Of a stretch of DNA of 64,000 bases, positions 16,566 through 25,464 are shown piece by piece. The position numbers and the translations under genes are program-made. This DNA is from Candidatus Heimdallarchaeota archaeon (GTDB lineage Archaea; Asgardarchaeota; Heimdallarchaeia; Hodarchaeales; Hodarchaeaceae): the NCBI GenBank assembly GCA_020353515.1, contig CP070695.1, positions 4,753,414-4,817,413 on the forward strand, in the 5' to 3' direction. The notes under the pieces are model-generated. The model saw nothing but the letters and a program-made list of their open reading frames with translations, was not told the origin of the DNA and did not search any database. Positions within the stretch are counted from its first letter, which is position 1; each line of letters opens with the position of its first letter.

Positions 16566-17651
16566 CTACCTATCAATATCCCCACGAATGAACGCTTCCA
16601 CCCTATCCCGTGCTTTAAAATCTGGAACCTGTTCTGGAGGGTGTTTAAACGCGTAACTCGACATTGAAATCAATGGGCCTGCTATATTTCGGTCTTTAGC
16701 TGTTTTAAGGGCACGTATAACATCAATCATGACACCTGCGGAGTTCGGACTATCAATTACACTTAACTTGACTTCAATCGACAATGGTTGATCTCCGAAT
16801 TTTCTTCCTTCAAGTAACAAGTAACAAATTTTTCGATCCTCTAAAAAGGGGACATAATCAGATGGACCAATTCTTGTAGGAACATCGTGGGTTAATATGC
16901 TAGTTATAGCCTCAGTCTTACTAATTCGTTTAGTTTTTAATCTTGATTCAAATTTCATGTTTTCAAAGTCTGTATTACCTCCCACATTGAGCTGAAATGT
17001 TTTTTCGACTTCAATTCCACGATCTAGCATCAGTTGCGCCAATACACGATGTAGAATTGTAGCTCCCACTTGAGACTTAATATCATCACCCGCACATGGG
17101 ATTCCTTTTTCTTCAAACCTATTTGGCCATCTTTTAGTAGGATCTGAGACAATAAACGTGGGTATTCCATTAGCCAGTGCAACACCCGCTTCTAAACAAG
17201 CCTCAGCATAAATTTTAGTTGCATTTTCACTTCCTACAGGAAGAAAATTAACTAATACATCTGTTTTCGTATCTTGGAGTACCTCAGCAACATTAACAGG
17301 TTCTACTTGGTCTTTGTCATAACAATGAAAAGGCTTAATCATATGACTAGGAACGCCATCGGAGATAGGACCTGGATATACGATACCCTCGGTTTCAGGA
17401 ACCTCAGAAAATTTAGGGGTGCAATTAGGGTGAACCCATATTGCTTCGTTAATTTTTTTCCCAATTTTATCTTTATTAACTTCAAATGCAGCAACGAACT
17501 CTAAATCATGTACATGATAGTCGCCAAATTTCACATGCATCAATCCAGGAACAGTTGAGTCCTCTTTTTCATTACGATAATAATGAACACCTTGAACTAA
17601 AGCTGACGCACAGTTTCCTAAACCTGCAATCGCGACTCGAATCTTATTCAT
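16566..17651 (-). CDS. ino1: myo-inositol-1-phosphate synthase
   Basis: GLGNCASALVQG, GDDIKSQVGAT, QLNVGGNTDF, SKTEA and DSPNSAG motifs. Confidence 0.96.
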   Translation of the reverse strand: MNKIRVAIAGLGNCASALVQGVHYYRNEKEDSTVPGLMHVKFGDYHVHDLEFVAAFEVNKDKIGKKINEAIWVHPNCTPKFSEVPETEGIVYPGPISDGVPSHMIKPFHCYDKDQVEPVNVAEVLQDTKTDVLVNFLPVGSENATKIYAEACLEAGVALANGIPTFIVSDPTKRWPNRFEEKGIPCAGDDIKSQVGATILHRVLAQLMLDRGIEVEKTFQLNVGGNTDFENMKFESRLKTKRISKTEAITSILTHDVPTRIGPSDYVPFLEDRKICYLLLEGRKFGDQPLSIEVKLSVIDSPNSAGVMIDVIRALKTAKDRNIAGPLISMSSYAFKHPPEQVPDFKARDRVEAFIRGDIDR

Positions 17652-17895
17652 GGGATCAATCTTCCTTAGAAACTGAGAAATTAATATTGTAGCAAATATA
17701 AAACAATCCCACCCTCTATTATTAGAAATAAATTACTTTTTGGTTTATCAAAATTACAAGAGATCAGTTTTAAAACTACGCTACTTACTTTCTGTCAAGG
17801 ATTTGAACACATAATCCAGTAAAAATACCTGAAAGGTCAAGTTCTCACATAAATAACTTACCTTTGTCTTATATTTTTGATAAATGGTACGAAAT

Positions 17896-18285
17896 TTATC
17901 CTTGAGCCATAGCTTGCAACGCAAGCTCAATGGTTTTTGTAATACTTTTTAAATAAGGCAACACTTTATTCATCAATTTTGGTTTTGTTCTAATTACGAG
18001 ATATAATCCTGTACCCCCTGTTAGATCATCAACGTAATATACAGTTTCCCCTGTGTTAAGAACAATTGAATCAAGAATTTGATTTACGGATATGAGCTGC
18101 ATTAAAGTATTTTCGAAGGAAGTGATTAGGTGAGCATTCAGACTCTCAAGTATAGGTAAATCATCACACTCTCCCTCATTGTGGATGACCAAACCATCCG
18201 AATCCACAAGAGAAATACAAGTACCAGGTAAATCTATCCCACCGAAAGTTTCCTCCATAACACTGATTATTGTATGAGTCCCCAC
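17896..18285 (-). CDS. Roadblock/LC7-like small protein
   Basis: 129 aa; ISLVDSDGLVI motif and alpha-beta-beta-alpha-beta-beta-beta-alpha pattern; GTG start. Confidence 0.55.
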   Translation of the reverse strand: MGTHTIISVMEETFGGIDLPGTCISLVDSDGLVIHNEGECDDLPILESLNAHLITSFENTLMQLISVNQILDSIVLNTGETVYYVDDLTGGTGLYLVIRTKPKLMNKVLPYLKSITKTIELALQAMAQG

Positions 18286-18409
18286 GGTTTACATCACCAT
18301 TATTCTCTCTTTCAAAAAAAGACATTAATAAATCAAGCCACTGGTTTTAAGAATCTTCCTAAATTTGTGAAAATAGTTAAGATAAATGTCACCTTAGTGA
18401 GAGTTTGAA

Positions 18410-19372
18410 ATGAATAATGTAATTTTTATTCTTCTTGCTGGTGGTGAAGCATCAAGGTATAGAAATTCGTTCAAATCACTCACCAATGGTCACCATGACA
18501 AGCTATTATCTAGGAAAGGTGATTTAAGCCTTCTTGAGTTTGTTTGTGCAGAGTTAAAACCCTTAGGAGATGTTATTGTTGTAACAAGAGGGGAAATGAG
18601 AAAACAAGGATATTTGAAATTATTAGAAAAGAATAATTTGATGGTCATTTCTGAAGATATTGAAAAATCTATTGGACCAATAGGAGGGATTCATTCAGCG
18701 TTAAAATTTTGTAAAAAGGATCAAATAAAATTTATTCTTCCAGCTGACCTTCCAAATATAAGAAGAGACATCATTGCAGAACTTATCACAAGATCATCTC
18801 AATCCAAACACTTTGACCTCATTTCATTGGTACATCCTAATGGCCAATTAGAAAATCTCGTTCTAATAAGCCATGGGGATGTTTTATCTAAAGGGTCTCA
18901 AGTTTTGATAGATCGGGGTATCTTCCGTGTTTCTTCATTGATTCGTCTGATCTTAAAAAAGCGGTTTTTAAATTCTGCATATCTTATCAAGGGGACTCAA
19001 TCTAGCACATTTGTGGATCTTGATTTTTACGAATCTAAATCTAAAATTAATACTTTTACCAATCCTGTTCTAATTTCTCCATTTATAGATTTTGGGTTGG
19101 ATACAGAGATAAAGCAAAAAGATCCAACTATATTATATCACCAATCTCTAGATTTAATCACAAATTCTAAGACAAAACACCAGAATAGAATTCAAGCTAA
19201 AATAATTCTCTTATTAGAAGAATCGAATATTTACAAGAAAAAGGGATTATTATCTCTCTCTCTCCATTGCCTACTTGATGTCTACAAGATAACAAAAGAT
19301 CTTGAAATTAAAAACCAGATTAATTCTTTGATGATGCAGCTTGAGGCTTCTGGAAGAGATATACAAAGTTGA
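18410..19372 (+). CDS. mobA: Molybdenum cofactor guanylyltransferase-like (MobA) with C-terminal helical extension
   Basis: LLAGGEASR, DK, GPIGGI.SAL and PADLP motifs; adjacent to formate dehydrogenase. Confidence 0.75.
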   Translation: MNNVIFILLAGGEASRYRNSFKSLTNGHHDKLLSRKGDLSLLEFVCAELKPLGDVIVVTRGEMRKQGYLKLLEKNNLMVISEDIEKSIGPIGGIHSALKFCKKDQIKFILPADLPNIRRDIIAELITRSSQSKHFDLISLVHPNGQLENLVLISHGDVLSKGSQVLIDRGIFRVSSLIRLILKKRFLNSAYLIKGTQSSTFVDLDFYESKSKINTFTNPVLISPFIDFGLDTEIKQKDPTILYHQSLDLITNSKTKHQNRIQAKIILLLEESNIYKKKGLLSLSLHCLLDVYKITKDLEIKNQINSLMMQLEASGRDIQS

Positions 19373-19375
19373 CGA

Positions 19376-21835
19376 TCATTCGTTGATCAGTTTATTAGTT
19401 ATTTTAGCACAAATTGAACCAATGGCCTTACGTAAATTTATAATTGTAACATCATCCTCAGTTATCTCGGAGAAAGGTAATGAATGAGTATAACTATTCT
19501 TCGGAGTTGAAAATTCCAGATCAAGAGTGCTATTCTTTGGTTCAACCCTAATTTCTAATTTATCCTTTTTATTAAGCTTGAACGTAATTCTTTGGGTTTT
19601 TGCACCAAAATAAGTTCCACTCCCAATTGGTGCATAACCCTGTTTCACCATTGATTCATAAATGTCCACAGCAAATAAGCGTGCTACCTTAATTGAGAAA
19701 GACTCATCCTCAATTTGATCTGGTTGATCTATGATACATAATTTTGGTGTTGATAATTTGAGCGTGACTGGAATGACCTTAAAACAAGGTGTTTGGCCTA
19801 GTGGATCCACTGCGGAGTCTGCGAGTTTATTAACAAGCGCATCGCTATAATGCCAGGGAACAAAAACATGTCCCTTGATTATATCATCTGTAACCTTCGC
19901 TTTGACCGTAATAGAGCCAAGAGGTGATTTGATTTCTACAGGGTCGTTTTCTTCAATCGCTAAGATTTCTGCATCTCCCTTATTGATTTGTGCAAAAGCA
20001 TGTGGAGCACGTTTTATCAACTTGGGAGAACGACCCGACATGGTCATTGTGTGAAATTGATCACTAATTCTTCCAGTAATCAAGGTGAATGGATAATCAA
20101 CATTCATTTTTTTGTGCATTGGAGGACATGGATAAAATTTCCCTTTACCATCATCAGTAAAGAACTCAGCCTCGTACATATATTGAACCCCATCGGGATA
20201 TTTTTCATTACAAGGCCACTGAACACCTCCTTCCTCAGATGTTTTCATGCGATCATAAGTAATTCCACTATATGTTGAGACAGTCTTTCGGATCTCGTTG
20301 AATATGTCCTCTGAACATGTATAATCAAAAAGTTTTTCATATCCCATCTCTTTCGCTAATTCCATTACAATTTCCCAATCAGCTTTGGCATCCTTAGGTG
20401 GCTCCAACTGTTTAACCGAGTATTGGACCCTCCTTTCAGTATTCGTGAATGTACCTTCTTTTTCAAAGCTACATGCTGCTGGAAGAATGACGGTAGCTAA
20501 CTCCGTCGTTTTATTTGGGAAAATATCTTGGACAACCATAAGTTCTAAATTCTTTAAATTTTGAATAGCATGTGCTAAATCGGGATGAGAATGAGCTGGG
20601 TTTTCTCCTATAATGTATAATGCTTTAATACGTTCTGGAATGGCCGAAATAGCCTCTACTGAAGTTAGGCCCGCACTAGAAGGTAGTTTATCAGGTGAAA
20701 TTCCCCAACCTTCCGCAAAAATCTGTGTATTCTCTTGGTTTACTACTTTATAGCCTGGAAAACAGTCAGGTAAACCCCCAAGATCACAAGCTCCTTGAAC
20801 ATTAACCTGTCCACGTAATGGATTGACTCCAGAACCAGGTTTTCCGTAATTTCCTGTCATCATTGCCAGATTAGCATACTGGCAAATATTCACAACACCA
20901 GTTAAATGCTGAGTTACCCCCATACCCCAAAGGATTGCTGCAGCCTTAGCTTTACCATAAATCAAAGCAACCTCTTTTATTTTATCCTTTGATACCCCAG
21001 TGACCCTCTCGACATCATCAAGATCTACAAGATTCAAGACTCTAATCAGTTCCACATAAGAAAGCATTTTTGTATTCTTTTGGATGAACTCCTCATCTTC
21101 TAAATTTTCATCATAAATCACCTTAAGTAGTCCGTTAACGAAAGCTTGATCTGTTCCAGGAATGATGGGAATGTGTAAATCTGCAAATTTTGCAGTATCA
21201 GATTTTCGTGGATCCACTACAATGATAAAAGGTCTGCCTGTCTTTTTCTTGTGTTTTTTTATGATACTCCAACAGAGTGGATGGCTAGAAGCAGAGTTAG
21301 TTCCTGTAATGAGTAAAACATCTGAATTGGAAGCTATATCATTTATTGAATTAGTCATCACCCCAGCACCAAGATTTTGAGCAAGTCCTACAGCAGTAGT
21401 AGCATGACACAAACGTGCACAGTGATCAACGTTATGTGTTCCTAGGACCACTCGTGCAAATTTCTGCGCAATATAAATCTCTTCGTTCGTAGTTTTAGCA
21501 CTGACAAAAACACCAATCGCTCTAGGCCCATATGTTTCTTTTATTCGTTGGAATTCGATAGCAACATGACCAAGAGCTTGATACCACTCAACTTCATCAA
21601 AACCTCCCTCTCTATTTTTAATTAATGGTTTAGTAAGTCTATCATCTGACTGAATCCAGTCCCCAGAAGTACTACCTTTGATACAGAGATATCTATTGTT
21701 TAAACTGTTTTTACCTGCTCCCCGAGCTTTCAATTTACCCTCCTTTTCTTCAAGTTTTATCTTACATCCACAACCACAATAAGGACATATACTGGATCCT
21801 TCGGAATCCAATGTATTAGATTTGATACTTGTCAT
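19376..21835 (-). CDS. fdhF: Formate dehydrogenase alpha subunit (Cys-ligated) with extra ~115-aa C-terminal domain
   Basis: CPYCGCGC...LCIKG, HCARLCHA, LRGQVNVQG, EKEGTFTNTERRVQ and the molydop-binding domain LITGR...FHT. Confidence 0.93.
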   Translation of the reverse strand: MTSIKSNTLDSEGSSICPYCGCGCKIKLEEKEGKLKARGAGKNSLNNRYLCIKGSTSGDWIQSDDRLTKPLIKNREGGFDEVEWYQALGHVAIEFQRIKETYGPRAIGVFVSAKTTNEEIYIAQKFARVVLGTHNVDHCARLCHATTAVGLAQNLGAGVMTNSINDIASNSDVLLITGTNSASSHPLCWSIIKKHKKKTGRPFIIVVDPRKSDTAKFADLHIPIIPGTDQAFVNGLLKVIYDENLEDEEFIQKNTKMLSYVELIRVLNLVDLDDVERVTGVSKDKIKEVALIYGKAKAAAILWGMGVTQHLTGVVNICQYANLAMMTGNYGKPGSGVNPLRGQVNVQGACDLGGLPDCFPGYKVVNQENTQIFAEGWGISPDKLPSSAGLTSVEAISAIPERIKALYIIGENPAHSHPDLAHAIQNLKNLELMVVQDIFPNKTTELATVILPAACSFEKEGTFTNTERRVQYSVKQLEPPKDAKADWEIVMELAKEMGYEKLFDYTCSEDIFNEIRKTVSTYSGITYDRMKTSEEGGVQWPCNEKYPDGVQYMYEAEFFTDDGKGKFYPCPPMHKKMNVDYPFTLITGRISDQFHTMTMSGRSPKLIKRAPHAFAQINKGDAEILAIEENDPVEIKSPLGSITVKAKVTDDIIKGHVFVPWHYSDALVNKLADSAVDPLGQTPCFKVIPVTLKLSTPKLCIIDQPDQIEDESFSIKVARLFAVDIYESMVKQGYAPIGSGTYFGAKTQRITFKLNKKDKLEIRVEPKNSTLDLEFSTPKNSYTHSLPFSEITEDDVTIINLRKAIGSICAKITNKLINE

Positions 21836-22060
21836 GATTGACTATCATCTTTTATTTCTTTCATTCTCAATCAGAGGTTCTATTGTTCAAAAATCTATCT
21901 AAATCTAGCTTATTTCAAGAAAATTAAGTGTACCTCGGCTATCTTCCACGGCACATCTTTTGAAAATTCTTAAAATTTCTGATCTTCCTTTTTATTATCC
22001 TTTGAATGAAGATTGAAAAGACTTACTCAATATATAAACAATATTTACGATAATATTAAC

Positions 22061-22223
22061 ATGTATCTAGATACATTCAAAATGTCATTTAGGAGGTAGT
22101 ATTCATTTTGAATTCCCAAAGAAATATAAGATATGAAAATTTATTAGTTTAATCTAGACTAATTCCATAAAATACAAATCGAAAGTATTAATGGGAAACA
22201 GAGGGTAATTCATTTTGAATTAC
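22061..22223. promoter_or_regulatory. Cluster of palindromic putative operator sites in the fdhF / beta-helix gene divergent region
   Basis: Perfect 16-bp palindrome ATGTATCTAGATACAT (22061-22076); ATTCA-TTT-TGAAT at 22101-22113 and GTAATTCA-TTT-TGAATTAC at 22205-22223. Confidence 0.5.
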
Positions 22224-22325
22224 ACCTTTAATCGATCCTTAACACAATAAATCAGATCTTTAGAATGCATTTCCGAATGAATTCTCTAGAGAAATCATCC
22301 TATAAATCAAAATGAGAAGATTACT

Positions 22326-25300
22326 ATGAAAAGAAAAACAGTAATTGGAATTATGCTTCTTTGTATTATGTTGGGGATTACTCAAATCCTACTTGATGCA
22401 ACAAATCCTACAATAGCTGCTCGAAGGAGAAAATATAGTCCGATCGTAATCGATGGTGATGAAGACTTCGCTAGGAAGGCTAGGAAGAATGGTTGGCCAG
22501 GTAGCGGAACCAGCATAGATCCATATATAATCGAATATTATGATCTTGTTATTCCTTACAAGAAAGGAAAGAAGTCCACTATTCCATCTGTAGCTATCAG
22601 TATCAGTAATACAACTGTATTTTTTGAAATACGTTACAGTACAATAAGTAATTTCAATGGAGAAGTCGATGGAATTTTACTTTGGAATGTTAAACATGGG
22701 AAAATTTACAACAACACTATCTTCAACTTCGTAAATAGCATATTCCTTGTTGGATCAGACTATGTTAATATCACAAATAATAATATCCAGGCATATAGCG
22801 AAAGTACTGCCACCAGTCCCCCCTCGCAGAATATCCGATACAAAGTAAATAAAATTCAAGCCTTCATTAGCCGTGGTGTCTTTCTCGACCCCTCCAATCA
22901 CAACATCATCGTTAATAACAGCATTTCAGGTTTCACAGGAACAGGAGTAGAACTCCTTGACTCCACCAATAACACTATTGATGGAAATGAGATCGATAGC
23001 AGTGCAGGGGAGAACGGGATATTTCTCGCAGGTTCAGACTATAACAATATCACCAATAATGAGATTTATGGTTATTATGACAACAGTCTCCAAGGAAGCC
23101 CCGTCTCACAGAACATCCGATATAAAGTAGATGGAACTCAAGCTTTCATTAGCCGTGGTGTCTTTCTGGATCCCTCCAATCACAACCTTATCGCTAATAA
23201 CAGTATTTCGGGTTTCACAGGAACAGGAGTAGAACTCCTTGACTCTGCTAATAACACCATTGATGGGAATGAGATTGACAGCAGTGTAGGGGAGAATGGG
23301 GTATTTCTCGTAGGCTCAGACTATAACAATATCACTAATAATGAGATTTTTGGCCATGACAACGATCTCCCCGGGAGTCCCGTCTCACAGAACATCCGAT
23401 ACAGAGTAGATAAAACTCAAGCCTTCATTAGCCGTGGCGTCTTTCTGGATCCCTCCAATCACAACCTTATCGCTAATAACAGTATTTCGGGTTTCACAGG
23501 AACAGGAGTGGAACTCCTTGACTCTGCCAATAATACTATTGATGGAAATGAGATTAATAGCAGCGTGGGGGAGAACGGGGTATTTCTCGCAGGCTCAGAC
23601 TATAATAATATCACTAATAATGAGATTTTTGGCCATAACAACAGTCTCCCAAGGAGTCCCGTCTCACAGAACATCCGATACAGAGTAGATGGAACTCAAG
23701 CTTTCATTAGTCGTGGCGTCTTTCTGGATCCCTCCAATCACAACCTTATCGCTAATAACAGTATTTCGGGTTTCACAGGAACAGGAGTAGAACTTCTTGA
23801 CTCTGCCAATAATACTATTGATGGGAATGAGATCGATAGCAGCGTAGGGGAGAACGGGGTATTTCTCGCAGGCTCCGACTATAACAATATCACTAATAAT
23901 GAGATTTCTGGACATAACAACGATCTCCTAGGGAGTCCCGTCTCACAGAACATCCGATACAGAGTAGATGGAACTCAAGCTTTCATTAGTCGTGGCGTCT
24001 TTCTGGATCCCTCTAATCACAACCTTATCGCTAATAACAGTATTTCGGGTTTTACAGGAACAGGAGTAGAACTCCTTGACTCTGCCAATAACACCATCGA
24101 TGGGAATGAAATTGTCAACAGTTTTGGAGAGAATGAGAACGGGGTATTTCTCGTAGGCTCCGACTATAACAATATCACTAATAATGAGATTTACGGTTAT
24201 TATGACGACAGTTCCCCAGGGAGCCCCATCTCACAGAACATCCGATACAGAGTAGATAGAACTCAAGCCTTCATTAGCCGTGGCGTCTTTCTGGATCCCT
24301 CCAATCACAACCTTATCGCTAATAATACTATCTCTAATGTCACAGGAACAGGAGTGGAGCTCCTTAACTCCGCTAATAACACCCTTGATGGGAATGAGAT
24401 TAGTAACAACGCTGAGAATGGTATTCTCCTACAAGGTTCTAGTAATACAAGTGTTTCTCATAATGTAATATATAATGATGATATTTACGGAGTAACTATA
24501 TCTAGTTTCTCTAATAATAATATCATAAATTGGAACGACTTCATTGGGAATAATATTGGAGGAACCTCTCAAATCAACGATGATGGTTCAGAAAATCAAT
24601 TTACTAATAATTTCTTAGTTGATCACGACAACACAGATAGCGATAATGACAGTGTCTCAGATAATCCTTACAATATTGATGGAGATGCAAGTAGTATTGA
24701 CTATAGTCCAAATTCTCTCCCTGTTCAACCTTTAAAAGATTTAGACTTGGCTTTAGCAGATTTAGATGCTGATATAGATTGGGAATCGGAAACTCTGAAT
24801 TTAAAAAATCAAGGAAATTGGGAAACAGTCAAAATATCACTTCCAGAAGGTTATTCAGCAACAAACATTGATGTTAGTTCTATTTATACCCAAGTAGATG
24901 GTGCTGGTAGGCTTTATGCAAACGAAGAAGCCCAAGTTCAAAATCCAAGGACATTGATAGTTAAATTTGACAGACCCGCATTAGTAATCCTCCTGGAATC
25001 AGCATTAACAACTTATCCAGTTGACGTTAATATGAATATTACAGGCTTCTTAAATGGGGAATTTCTAATGTTCTATGGATTGGACATGGTCAAAATACTC
25101 AATGATGTTTCAGAAAGTCCTGTAATGATTATTGATCAGGATAAGGAGACCTCAGATGGTGATCCAACTCAGATATTTATAGATCAAGTTATTAAGCCAA
25201 CTGTAGCTATTCCAGCGAAAATACTTATTAATCAGATCACTTCTGTGTCTCAAATGCCATTTGGATTGACAATCGGTATTCTTTTTGCTCCCATGATTAC

Positions 25301-25337
25301 GACTGTAGTGATCCGCAGATTTCGTACAAAAAAATAA
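22326..25337 (+). CDS. Secreted, C-terminally anchored right-handed beta-helix (NosD/PbH1-type) surface protein
   Basis: Signal peptide, PIVIDGD...GWPGSGT.IDPYII.., many N-N-x-I PbH1 coils, DxDxDxxxDxPY motif and C-terminal TM followed by RRFRTKK. Confidence 0.85.
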   Translation: MKRKTVIGIMLLCIMLGITQILLDATNPTIAARRRKYSPIVIDGDEDFARKARKNGWPGSGTSIDPYIIEYYDLVIPYKKGKKSTIPSVAISISNTTVFFEIRYSTISNFNGEVDGILLWNVKHGKIYNNTIFNFVNSIFLVGSDYVNITNNNIQAYSESTATSPPSQNIRYKVNKIQAFISRGVFLDPSNHNIIVNNSISGFTGTGVELLDSTNNTIDGNEIDSSAGENGIFLAGSDYNNITNNEIYGYYDNSLQGSPVSQNIRYKVDGTQAFISRGVFLDPSNHNLIANNSISGFTGTGVELLDSANNTIDGNEIDSSVGENGVFLVGSDYNNITNNEIFGHDNDLPGSPVSQNIRYRVDKTQAFISRGVFLDPSNHNLIANNSISGFTGTGVELLDSANNTIDGNEINSSVGENGVFLAGSDYNNITNNEIFGHNNSLPRSPVSQNIRYRVDGTQAFISRGVFLDPSNHNLIANNSISGFTGTGVELLDSANNTIDGNEIDSSVGENGVFLAGSDYNNITNNEISGHNNDLLGSPVSQNIRYRVDGTQAFISRGVFLDPSNHNLIANNSISGFTGTGVELLDSANNTIDGNEIVNSFGENENGVFLVGSDYNNITNNEIYGYYDDSSPGSPISQNIRYRVDRTQAFISRGVFLDPSNHNLIANNTISNVTGTGVELLNSANNTLDGNEISNNAENGILLQGSSNTSVSHNVIYNDDIYGVTISSFSNNNIINWNDFIGNNIGGTSQINDDGSENQFTNNFLVDHDNTDSDNDSVSDNPYNIDGDASSIDYSPNSLPVQPLKDLDLALADLDADIDWESETLNLKNQGNWETVKISLPEGYSATNIDVSSIYTQVDGAGRLYANEEAQVQNPRTLIVKFDRPALVILLESALTTYPVDVNMNITGFLNGEFLMFYGLDMVKILNDVSESPVMIIDQDKETSDGDPTQIFIDQVIKPTVAIPAKILINQITSVSQMPFGLTIGILFAPMITTVVIRRFRTKK
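22750..24410 (+). repeat. Six in-frame tandem repeats of 279-288 bp (93-96 aa)
   Basis: The anchor TC(G/A)CAGAA recurs at 22824, 23106, 23385, 23664, 23943 and 24231 (spacings 282, 279, 279, 279, 288). Confidence 0.95.
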
Positions 25338-25464
25338 CTCTGAAGTAGCTTTATCTACTTCAGAATCCATATTTTTTCTTTTTGATTAGGAAGTAGTCAA
25401 TATTCTCAATGAATGGGTAATAATTTAAAATCTGATATATTATTGTAATTCGAGGATAATATTA

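Noticed and set aside
21395-21430. Selenocysteine in formate dehydrogenase
   Set aside because: The active-site codon is Cys (HCARLCHA) in an uninterrupted ORF; no in-frame TGA.
22750-24410. Possible CRISPR array or mobile repeat
   Set aside because: Units are 279-288 bp, in frame and protein-coding, with no short repeat-unique spacer structure and no cas genes.
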